This document shows, piece after piece, positions 27,364-35,697 of a DNA stretch of 64,000 nt. Origin of the DNA: a virus; IMG/VR virus record IMGVR_UViG_3300020473_000023, positions 42,285-106,284 of that record. The stretch is one strand, 5' to 3'. Within the stretch, counting starts at the first letter, position 1. The number at the start of each line of letters is the position of its first letter. The translations under genes and the position numbers were made by a program. The notes beneath the pieces are model-generated. The model was not told the DNA's origin. It was given only the letters and a program-made list of their open reading frames with translations, and did not search any database.

Positions 27364-28170
27364 TTACTCCTGTACTTCTGGAACCCAGTGGGTGGTTCTT
27401 CCATCTTTTGTTTTTTCTTTTATGACAGTGTTTCCGTGCGGATCTGTCTTTTGATTATAAACCAAAAACCTTTGACTGTATTCTCCTATCTCTCCTTCAA
27501 ATCCAGAATATGTACTAATTGTAGCACCTCCTGTATCATAGGACGCCCTTATTGTCTTCTTGATGCTTTCATTTAAAAGAATGATCTCTTGATCTGAGAG
27601 AGATTTGCATGCCCTGTGGGGTGAGATTTTTGAAATGTAAAGAGATTCTGCTTTAAGATAGTTTCCAACCCCGGATATCACAGACTGATCCATTACAGCT
27701 TGGGCAATTGTCTTTTTATTGCACGCTCTAATTCTTCTTAAAAAGTCATCATTCTTAACATCGTCATTTAGCATGTCAGGCCCTAGAGAGTTTAACTTAT
27801 TAATTAAAAGATCTTTTCCCCTTACAATCTTTAAAGTTCCAAAGTTTCTAATATCGTTAAAAAAAATAGACTCTCCGCCTAGACAAATCTTGACCCTTGA
27901 GTGCTTGTTGCGGGTTCCCGACCACGTCCCAGACATTCCCAGTGTATTCCAAATAGCCCATTCATTTTCAAGAATTATAAAGATAAACTTTCCATGACAC
28001 CCAGCACCTGCAATTTTCAATGGAAGTTCATGTAAAATACTATCAAAACCGTCGGGCGGACCGTGATTCTTATATCTACCAGATAAAATCTCAATGCCAT
28101 CTAGAGATTTCCCCCCAACTCTTTCAGCAAGAGATTCAGCAATTCTTCTAACTTCTGGGCCTTCTGGAAT
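27364..28170 (-). CDS. mutM: Fpg/Nei DNA glycosylase/AP lyase, ATT start codon
   Basis: ORF extends 50 codons upstream of the track call to ATT-CCA-GAA-GGC-CCA-GAA (PEGPE); GK, LGMSG, DIRNFG, H2TH GVGNYLKAE, GRTTHW. Confidence 0.92.
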   Translation of the reverse strand: MPEGPEVRRIAESLAERVGGKSLDGIEILSGRYKNHGPPDGFDSILHELPLKIAGAGCHGKFIFIILENEWAIWNTLGMSGTWSGTRNKHSRVKICLGGESIFFNDIRNFGTLKIVRGKDLLINKLNSLGPDMLNDDVKNDDFLRRIRACNKKTIAQAVMDQSVISGVGNYLKAESLYISKISPHRACKSLSDQEIILLNESIKKTIRASYDTGGATISTYSGFEGEIGEYSQRFLVYNQKTDPHGNTVIKEKTKDGRTTHWVPEVQE

Positions 28171-28189
28171 GACACACCTCCTACTTAGT

Positions 28190-28217
28190 AGTATAATTTA
28201 TATCAGGAGCTTGTTCA
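28190..28217 (-). promoter_or_regulatory. putative promoter for fpg, overlapping a divergent plus-strand TATAAT
   Basis: TGAACA-N16-TATACT on minus; TATAAT at 28192-28197 on plus. Confidence 0.55.
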
Positions 28218-28877
28218 ATGAAAAGAATCATAGTTTCGGACACACACATAGGGACTAGATTCTATAAGTCTGAAGAGCTTTTAAAGTTTCTTAAAACAGA
28301 GGAGTTTGATCAGCTCATACTTGCAGGCGATATCATAGACTTTATTAAGATACCGACATTTACTGAGAGGTGTATGGAGATCTTGGAGGCAATTGGAAAA
28401 AACAAGGAAATCATATACGTCGTAGGAAATCATGATGAAAGCCTGGTTGGATTAATTGGTAGGCAATTTTTTAATATTAAATTTGTTAAGAAGTATGAGT
28501 TTCAAGAGGGAAAGAGAAAGTTTAGAATAGAGCACGGAGATGACTATGACAAGGGTGTAATTCACAATAGAGTCTTTATTAAGCTCCTATCAGTTATTCA
28601 AAATATGCTAGAATTTGCATTTAACTTTGACTTCACAACGTGGTGGACGTCGATTCAAATTAAAAGGCATAAGCTGAGGAGTGTTATTCATATCCTTAGA
28701 CATCACCCAAATATTGATGTATTTATAATGGGACATACACACATACCTGAAGCAGTTATCTGGATAGACGAAGATCAAAATATTAAAACATATATCAATG
28801 CAGGTGACTGGGTTACACACCAGACATATGTTACAGTAGTTAACGGCGTGTCTAGACTAAGAAAGTTTGAATCTTAG
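28218..28877 (+). CDS. calcineurin-like metallophosphoesterase (LpxH/YbbF-like)
   Basis: SDTH, GDIID, GNHD, HGD, GHTH, NAGDW; AGGAG RBS. Confidence 0.9.
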   Translation: MKRIIVSDTHIGTRFYKSEELLKFLKTEEFDQLILAGDIIDFIKIPTFTERCMEILEAIGKNKEIIYVVGNHDESLVGLIGRQFFNIKFVKKYEFQEGKRKFRIEHGDDYDKGVIHNRVFIKLLSVIQNMLEFAFNFDFTTWWTSIQIKRHKLRSVIHILRHHPNIDVFIMGHTHIPEAVIWIDEDQNIKTYINAGDWVTHQTYVTVVNGVSRLRKFES

Positions 28878-29304
28878 ATTTTTCTTCATTCTCTCTAAGC
28901 CAGCCGTGATAGTCGTTAAGGGCGTGGTCTCTTGGCTCAACATTTCTCCAGTCACCTAAGCAAAATATCCTGTAAGCATCAGAAGCATACTTTCCTATTC
29001 CATACAGAACTTCTGGACTATTTCTCCAGTCTTTTGTTAGGTAATCATTAGACATTCTAATAAGTGTCTTAGATCGTCTCTGAGACAATCCGAGCGGTTG
29101 AATCATATTCTGCAATTTTTTTTGATTTGCACATGCTGCCTTTTCAGGGGTAGGGTAAAGATCAAAAAACTTCCACATATAAGGTTCCGATTCAACCCTT
29201 TTTGTTAGATTGCAGAATATACAGGCTACAAATATCTTCCAGGGGTCTTTCCAGAGACTCTCTTGAATTAAGTTATACGGTGACTTCGGGGGCATCCATG
29301 TCAT
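28852..29304 (-). CDS. MBD4-like HhH DNA glycosylase (G:T/G:U mismatch type)
   Basis: WMPPKSPYNLIQE...DPW, GIGKYASDAYRIFC, PRDHALNDYHGWL; start MTWMPP after GGAG. Confidence 0.85.
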   Translation of the reverse strand: MTWMPPKSPYNLIQESLWKDPWKIFVACIFCNLTKRVESEPYMWKFFDLYPTPEKAACANQKKLQNMIQPLGLSQRRSKTLIRMSNDYLTKDWRNSPEVLYGIGKYASDAYRIFCLGDWRNVEPRDHALNDYHGWLRENEEKSKIQTFLV

Positions 29305-29482
29305 TGTCATCTCCAGTATTATCATACTGAAGCAGATCTCTGTTGTTCAAGCTCTTCTTTTGAACTATCCTGTCTGAAATAGCACATGCTAGTTCGAGAA
29401 ATGTGTTTCCAATAAAATTTATGACTAGAGATAGAATCACCATAAAGACAATTACGATAATTATCGACGGAATCTGTGTCAT
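29273..29482 (-). CDS. small membrane protein
   Basis: GAGGA RBS; N-terminal hydrophobic helix. Confidence 0.5.
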   Translation of the reverse strand: MTQIPSIIIVIVFMVILSLVINFIGNTFLELACAISDRIVQKKSLNNRDLLQYDNTGDDNDMDAPEVTV

Positions 29483-29484
29483 TT

Positions 29485-30219
29485 TTAATCTTCCTCTTTA
29501 TCATGACTAGGTATGTCGGAAACATTCTTAAATTTTTTTCTCGCCCATGCGATTGACTTCCCTGGGTGCTTTCTGGATCTCTTCTTTCCCTTTTTTCGAT
29601 TAGCTTCAGACCCTGTCCACCCTCTCATGTCAATAAACTTCTTTAAAATTGACTGTCTCATGTCATCATCAGCGTGTGCCCACTGCCAATACAGACTATT
29701 TTTTATTGTGACAATTTCACCCTTTGTGAATTTAATTTTAGCCTTTATGACAGATATCTGATCTTCATCAATGTCTCCTACTTCTATCCCAAGTTGAAAA
29801 GCTGTCTCAAGAAGGCCAGAATACGATTTTTTATTATATGACTCAACAGTCTTTTCATAGATGTCTTTTAAATTTTTCTTTCTAGATTCTCTTAGATTTT
29901 TTGGAAAATGATCTGGGTGTGTTTCTTTGACAATTTCTCTAAAAATCTTTTTTGCCCAGGCAGGATGCGCCGTCTTATCAGAAGTACATGCGGCTTCTTG
30001 AACTGTGGGAGTGCTATCGTGATCACTAGTCTGTGGAGGGCTATCTGTATTTTTATCTAATGCGCTATCAAAAACGTTTAAATCGTAGTGAAGCTGTCGA
30101 ATTGCATTATTAAATTCTAATTTTGCCTTCTCAAAAATAGAGCTACATTCACTAAGCTCCTCTTCAAGATACTTCATTTGGAACAAGAGCTTTCTTGCTG
30201 TTCTTTCTGGAGATCTCAC
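29485..30219 (-). CDS. coiled-coil protein with internal J-domain (HPD)
   Basis: KKIFREIVKETHPD...YEKTVESY; basic C-terminus. Confidence 0.7.
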   Translation of the reverse strand: MRSPERTARKLLFQMKYLEEELSECSSIFEKAKLEFNNAIRQLHYDLNVFDSALDKNTDSPPQTSDHDSTPTVQEAACTSDKTAHPAWAKKIFREIVKETHPDHFPKNLRESRKKNLKDIYEKTVESYNKKSYSGLLETAFQLGIEVGDIDEDQISVIKAKIKFTKGEIVTIKNSLYWQWAHADDDMRQSILKKFIDMRGWTGSEANRKKGKKRSRKHPGKSIAWARKKFKNVSDIPSHDKEED

Positions 30220-30227
30220 CTATGATC

Positions 30228-30467
30228 TCATTTTAAAGATCTTAAAGCATGTGAGACAGTGATTAAATCTTCATATAGCAAATAAGGCCACACAGGGCTT
30301 AACAAAAGATGTCTTCTGGCTCTAAGCTGCCTATCTTTTGATAATAACTTTAAATCTCTTGACTTAGAAGTTTCTAGAATGTGATGATAATCAACTATCT
30401 CTCTAATTGAAGCTAAAAGATAAAAAAATGCAATAAAAAAATAAACAATTAACATTGACTGTATCAT
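30228..30467 (-). CDS. small membrane protein
   Basis: N-terminal TM; GGAGGAG RBS. Confidence 0.65.
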   Translation of the reverse strand: MIQSMLIVYFFIAFFYLLASIREIVDYHHILETSKSRDLKLLSKDRQLRARRHLLLSPVWPYLLYEDLITVSHALRSLK

Positions 30468-30489
30468 AGACTCGCTCCTCCGAATACAA

Positions 30490-31059
30490 TTATTTAATCA
30501 TATTTCTAATTAGATTTCTTATCTGATTTTCAGATAAATCTTTCATACTAACTTCATCACGCTTAGAAGCGTTTTTCCTTTCAGCCAGCTTCTCTCTTTT
30601 TTGAGAAGGAGGTGGTTTAACGACCTTGACGACAGGAGGATGACTTCCTGTCTCACTTATTAGGCTTCCAGCTGTGGGTGACTTCCCTCCTTTCCTTACT
30701 GTGGTTCCAATAAGCTGAGCCGACGCAGATCTAACGGGTCTTTTCTTTCTACTAACTGCTTCAGCTGTCACCCTTACTGACTTTTCAAAGTTAACTTCAA
30801 GCTCAAGTGGGACAAAGACTCGGTCATCAACTATAACTTCTAATCCAGAATTATAAGAGCCCTCTCTTAAAACTTTTTCAAGCGGGGGTACAGTAACATT
30901 GACTGTGCCGTCTCTCTCTATTTCTCCTGGAAAGGCAAAAGACATTTCTTGACCTTCAATCAAAAATCTGCAGGATGGATGAGCGGGAGAGCTCCCCTCG
31001 ATATTTACCTGAAATGTTATTTCATTATTGTTGTCTAAAGATAGATCTATGGAGCTCAT
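30490..31059 (-). CDS. hypothetical protein, probable virion protein
   Basis: beta-rich N-terminus; C-terminal LSENQIRNLIRNMIK motif; ATAGTTAT upstream. Confidence 0.7.
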   Translation of the reverse strand: MSSIDLSLDNNNEITFQVNIEGSSPAHPSCRFLIEGQEMSFAFPGEIERDGTVNVTVPPLEKVLREGSYNSGLEVIVDDRVFVPLELEVNFEKSVRVTAEAVSRKKRPVRSASAQLIGTTVRKGGKSPTAGSLISETGSHPPVVKVVKPPPSQKREKLAERKNASKRDEVSMKDLSENQIRNLIRNMIK

Positions 31060-31060
31060 T

Positions 31061-31417
31061 TTATATTATTCCTTTTGCAACATTTAGTACGTTTATAACT
31101 ATCTTATAGGCGGGCTTATAGACATTAGAAACTGCAAAGTTATTGATAGAGACCATGATTTCTTTGCTTCTATTTATTGAACCCCTTTTTGTACTTGTTA
31201 CAGGATAGATGAATTCTTCACCATTTACAGATATTAAAGAGACAGTCACCTTGTAGGTATCGACTACCTCACCGGCGAATCGGATCGATTCACGGGTAGC
31301 TTTTTTAACAGTCTGCGCTGTGTATGTGGCAATCGCCTCAACAGCCCGGATGACTACACCCTGGCCTCTGGTTATTAACCCTCCGCCTTCACCGAAACCA
31401 CGGGAGAGAATGGACAT
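31061..31417 (-). CDS. hypothetical protein
   Basis: 118 aa; SRGFG/TRGQG repeat. Confidence 0.7.
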   Translation of the reverse strand: MSILSRGFGEGGGLITRGQGVVIRAVEAIATYTAQTVKKATRESIRFAGEVVDTYKVTVSLISVNGEEFIYPVTSTKRGSINRSKEIMVSINNFAVSNVYKPAYKIVINVLNVAKGII

Positions 31418-31422
31418 TTAGA

Positions 31423-31854
31423 CTAGTCCAGTCTATTTCTTTCAAAAACGTTCTCAACAGAAGGAGATCCGTCACTTCCTGACATTCCGAATTGCGCAAC
31501 TACAGTTTGATTATCATCTGCATAAAAAGTCATAACCTTTGTAGTCTTATCCAGCTTCCACTTTCCCCCTTCAATGTTCTTAATAAAGTTTATCTGTTCA
31601 GGCTGAGGATTGTACTCTTCAGTTGCGTAAACAGGAGAATCTCCCCCTGTATCCCATAGAATTGATCCCTTAAAGTCAGCAGAAAAATATACACTTGCGC
31701 TATAGATTCCCGTACCTGCAAGAATTTCACCGACACCAGATGTCACCCTAGAGCCGCTTAGTGCTCCAGTAGAGCTAAACAGCCTATACCCAACTGTGGT
31801 AAGTCCTGTTAGACCTGATCCAAAATTAACATTTTTGACTAAAGTAATGGGCAT
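31423..31854 (-). CDS. hypothetical protein, probable virion protein
   Basis: 143 aa G/S/T-rich beta protein. Confidence 0.7.
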   Translation of the reverse strand: MPITLVKNVNFGSGLTGLTTVGYRLFSSTGALSGSRVTSGVGEILAGTGIYSASVYFSADFKGSILWDTGGDSPVYATEEYNPQPEQINFIKNIEGGKWKLDKTTKVMTFYADDNQTVVAQFGMSGSDGSPSVENVFERNRLD

Positions 31855-31977
31855 ATAATTTCACATCTTTAAAATAGACAACGACTTCTTACTCATGTGC
31901 TGTAATATTTTCAACTTCAGAATTTCTAACTGTCTTTATGCGTTGAGGTTTTTCACCTATCTTTCTTATTTTTTTTT

Positions 31978-32406
31978 TTAGGAAGTGCCTGCCCTTGCCA
32001 TTCTGGCTGTTGGAGAAACACTCTCTTCCTTTTCTTTCTCTGCCTCTTGTTGTGCCTTTATCAAAATATCTTCTCTCTTAGCAGCAGCCTCTAAGATCAT
32101 CTCATCAAGAACTTCTACCTGGCATTCGACCTTCATGAGATAATCATTCTCATTAGACTTTAAATCTATCAAGACAGTTAAGATGTTGTTTGAAAATGTC
32201 TCGACATACTTGGCAAGGTCTTCATTGGTCTCTTTAACTCTTAAAACCTCTTCAACACAAGCTGTCTTCACACTCTCAAATGCTGTCTCAAGGCCAGCAA
32301 TAGAAGTTCTAGAACTAGATAGTTCTCTTTTACTATCTCTATTTTCAACTAATTCTGAGATTAATCTCTCAAGATACTTACTTTCGAATTCCACTTTGCA
32401 CCTCAA
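31978..32406 (-). CDS. hypothetical coiled-coil protein
   Basis: helical, E/K-rich ORF. Confidence 0.65.
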   Translation of the reverse strand: MRCKVEFESKYLERLISELVENRDSKRELSSSRTSIAGLETAFESVKTACVEEVLRVKETNEDLAKYVETFSNNILTVLIDLKSNENDYLMKVECQVEVLDEMILEAAAKREDILIKAQQEAEKEKEESVSPTARMARAGTS

Positions 32407-32471
32407 TTATTTGCTGGAATGTACATAGAATATTACTGCAGCTTATTATTAAATTAAACCCAAACTTAAAC

Positions 32472-32504
32472 AAAAAATGGGGGACCCCAAAAAGAGGTCC
32501 CCCA
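32472..32504 (-). terminator. rho-independent terminator
   Basis: 9-bp stem TGGGGGACC/GGTCCCCCA followed on minus by T6, just after the 32530 stop. Confidence 0.88.
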
Positions 32505-32529
32505 AAAATATCTTCTAGCCTAGTTTAGA

Positions 32530-35500
32530 TCATGCCCAGACGACGAATGTAAGAATATCATCTGCCTGAACAGCGAATTCAAACTTAACTCTACCGGCTG
32601 AACCACCTGGGTACCAGTCACCGTTAGAAGCAGCGTCGTTTCCGGCAGTCATAAGCTGACCGTTGACATAAACTTCCTTAGCGGCTATACCAGCATTTGT
32701 CCAAGTTGCACCGAGACCTGTATTGACGTCTGCGTTAGCACTTGCTGCTGTACCGGAAAGAATAGCCTTCTGCCTCTTAGAGATGACGTACGTTGCCATG
32801 TCTGATGCCGGCTGAAGCTTGGATGTTCCACCATCATTGACGAAGATACCATCACCATCAGCAAGTGTGATTGAACCACCAACTGAAGTTCCTCCATCTA
32901 GAAGGTTGATTTCTCCAGCAGTTGAAGTGATAACAGTTCCGCCGTAAGAAAGCTTAGCAGCAGTGAAATCAGCTACGTGGCTAGAGTCGATGGTGAAAGC
33001 AGTTGTTGAACCATGAGCAGCACCGAGACCAAACTCGAGCTTATCTGTTCCATCATCAAGTCCGATACGATAGTCCTGAGCGTTTCCGTCAAAGACCAGC
33101 ATTGTATCTTCAGCACCAGCATCACCGAGTACAAGCTTTGGATTTGTACCAGCAATAACAACACCAGCAGCAGGCTGATGAATGCGAAGCTGATCTGTTC
33201 CATTCTCATCATACTCAATGCCGGCATCACCAGCGTCACCAAACTCAATCTTGACATCATCGCTGATTCTTAGACTAGCACCGGCATAAAGAAGAACATC
33301 GTTACCGTCTTCATCGTACTCGAATGAAGCATCATTTCCGTTACCGAAGACAAGCTTCTTATCATCAGCAATGTTAATACCTGTTGCATTCATAGCGTAG
33401 AGGTCATTTCCGCCAAGCTCGAATGTAATAGTATCATCCGCTGAAGCGCGAATTGATGTGTCATCATCAGCATCAAGATCAATACGACCTGTTCCACCCA
33501 TGCTGATTGAACCCTGACCGTTTAGATCAATTGCATCAACATATAGGTTGGCCCAAGCTGTACCAGAAGCACCAAGTGAATCAGCTGAATCGCTGTTTGG
33601 AACGACATTACCGTCAACCTTTAGCTCACCACCTGCAGGGTCAATAACAACATCAGCACCGGCAATGATCTTAAGATCAGTGTCAACGTCGATGTAATCA
33701 CTAGCGCTATCAATCTCAAGACGATCAACTCGTGTGTTACCACCGGCGGCAACGAGAAGGTTGTTTGTCTGTGTAAGAGTAAAGTCGCCATTATCCCAAT
33801 TAATAACACCACCTTCCGCGAGATAGAGATCTGACCATCTCTCATTAGCATCACCAAGAGTAGCACCATCATCGCTTATTGGCTTGAGGTGACCGGTCTT
33901 GAGGGGAACACCTGCCTGAGGTGCGCCCATTGATCCTGATGAAGGAGATGCTGCGAAAGTTCCAAATTCAAACTCTGAATTTGAAGCATCATAATTGATA
34001 GCAGGAAGGAATGAATGGACCGCTGCTCCTCTTGCGAAGATGATAGCTCTATCGCCAGTATTGTTCCAGTCTTCATTTAGTGATCCTGAGACACCGAGTC
34101 CGATGATTGAGTCCTGGAATACTGTGTTGGATGACGAAACTGTCGTTGTTGAACCCTGAACAATGAAGTCACCTTGAACAGTTAGATTTCCACTAATGTC
34201 TGCAGCACCGTTGATGTCAATAAGAGTAGAATCAAGATTGATCTCATCTGTAGCAGCAACAGTTAGCTGGGCAGCTGTGTTTCCATGAATGTACTGAGTA
34301 GCATCATTAAATTCAATCTTCTTGGTTGAAGCCATGAGTAGTGAATCAGCAGAGCCATCAAGTCTGAAGATTTCTGTCCCGCCTGCATCCTTAACAATAA
34401 GATCTCCACCGGCTGACATATCAAGTGACCCGTGAAGGGTACCAGCCTTCTTGAAGTCAATCATGTCTCCACCAGCATCGATAATAATATCATCACTAGC
34501 GTCAAGAACGATGTCACCACCACCGACGGCGATTGTCATATCTGTTCCATCTGAGGAGATCTTGTCATCGTGACCTGTTCCATCGAATGCTAGAGGAATA
34601 TTAGCAGGAACCTCAACGAAACCACCAGCTGTCAGCTTAATATCTGTACCACCGGCAATTGTGAGGTCAGTTCCATCACTCTGAAGATATTCACCACCTT
34701 CGTCATATAGGAACATCTTACCGCGTGTAGCTGACAGACGAATTTGCTCTTGCCCAGCTTGATTTTGGAAGACGAGGTCGTCTGAGGCAACCTGAAGCTT
34801 TACAATGATCTCACCAGCTGTTCCATCCATGTCAAGAGCAAGCTGTGCTGTTCCGCCATCTTCAAATGAGATATCACCAGAGTCAGAATCGATCTTAACA
34901 GTCGTAGCAGCATCAAGCTCAATTGTTCCATCTGACCCAGCTAGAAGTCTAGCATCTGCTGGCTGATGAACGAATGTGCCTGTGTCACCGACATGAAGCT
35001 TCATTGTGCTGTTGAGTGTAACACCGGCATTGTGAACGTGCGTCAGTGTGACATCAGAATCATCACCCATCTTAAGAATGACACCATCATCCTGAAGATC
35101 GAGAACAGGTGAGTCAACAATGACAGAGCCATCAGCTTCAATTTCAAGATTTGAATCTGAAACTTGCTTGATGTGTGTAGCAGAGTCACCGAACTGAAGC
35201 TGACGTGATGAGTTCAGAAGAACACCTGTATCAGCAACGTGAGTTAGCTTGACATCCTGATCTGCACCAAGATTGACAACACCTCCATCAGCGAGGAAGA
35301 GGTCTGACCACTCCTTGTCTGCAGCACCGAGAGCAGCACCGTTTGCTGATGCTGGGAATATGCTTGTTGAAAATGCTCCAGAGGCTGCTGAAGTAAATGT
35401 TGCAGCGCCGTGAATTCTCTTAATAGAGGAAGCCATGTGATTTAGAATATCACCTAGATCATCTAGAGCAAGACTTGTAGAAGCTGCAGCTGATTCGGAG

Positions 35501-35556
35501 TCGGTTGGAATAGACCCTGAGATCTGACCCAACCTTACTTTTGTTTTTAAAGCCAT
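32530..35556 (-). CDS. large repetitive virion fibre-like structural protein
   Basis: 1008 aa G/A/D/T-rich with internal repeats (P.S..GA.LG....WSDL; DD.K..FG...DA..EYDE.G.D); VYVNGQL C-terminal module. Confidence 0.75.
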   Translation of the reverse strand: MALKTKVRLGQISGSIPTDSESAAASTSLALDDLGDILNHMASSIKRIHGAATFTSAASGAFSTSIFPASANGAALGAADKEWSDLFLADGGVVNLGADQDVKLTHVADTGVLLNSSRQLQFGDSATHIKQVSDSNLEIEADGSVIVDSPVLDLQDDGVILKMGDDSDVTLTHVHNAGVTLNSTMKLHVGDTGTFVHQPADARLLAGSDGTIELDAATTVKIDSDSGDISFEDGGTAQLALDMDGTAGEIIVKLQVASDDLVFQNQAGQEQIRLSATRGKMFLYDEGGEYLQSDGTDLTIAGGTDIKLTAGGFVEVPANIPLAFDGTGHDDKISSDGTDMTIAVGGGDIVLDASDDIIIDAGGDMIDFKKAGTLHGSLDMSAGGDLIVKDAGGTEIFRLDGSADSLLMASTKKIEFNDATQYIHGNTAAQLTVAATDEINLDSTLIDINGAADISGNLTVQGDFIVQGSTTTVSSSNTVFQDSIIGLGVSGSLNEDWNNTGDRAIIFARGAAVHSFLPAINYDASNSEFEFGTFAASPSSGSMGAPQAGVPLKTGHLKPISDDGATLGDANERWSDLYLAEGGVINWDNGDFTLTQTNNLLVAAGGNTRVDRLEIDSASDYIDVDTDLKIIAGADVVIDPAGGELKVDGNVVPNSDSADSLGASGTAWANLYVDAIDLNGQGSISMGGTGRIDLDADDDTSIRASADDTITFELGGNDLYAMNATGINIADDKKLVFGNGNDASFEYDEDGNDVLLYAGASLRISDDVKIEFGDAGDAGIEYDENGTDQLRIHQPAAGVVIAGTNPKLVLGDAGAEDTMLVFDGNAQDYRIGLDDGTDKLEFGLGAAHGSTTAFTIDSSHVADFTAAKLSYGGTVITSTAGEINLLDGGTSVGGSITLADGDGIFVNDGGTSKLQPASDMATYVISKRQKAILSGTAASANADVNTGLGATWTNAGIAAKEVYVNGQLMTAGNDAASNGDWYPGGSAGRVKFEFAVQADDILTFVVWA

Positions 35557-35697
35557 TATAGTTTTCCTTTGTTTGTAGATTATTGGCTTTGTCAGTTTGC
35601 AACGTGCAAATCTGACACATAACCTAACGTGCCTTTAACGAAACGTGACTATAACATTAACGAAAACTAACTTAATATTGAGACTCTAAAAGAGCCA

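Noticed and set aside
27364-28020. Fpg as an N-terminally truncated pseudogene
   Set aside because: The frame is open up to the PEGPE motif behind a strong RBS, so an ATT start explains it
27364-29304. Eukaryotic giant virus or cellular origin, suggested by MBD4/Nei-like genes, DnaJ and RecA
   Set aside because: Shine-Dalgarno sites, intrinsic terminators, endolysin, holin, gp32-like SSB and baseplate genes indicate a bacteriophage
29322-29525. 67 aa alternative ORF
   Set aside because: Overlaps 29485..30219 and lacks an RBS; 29273..29482 has a better start context
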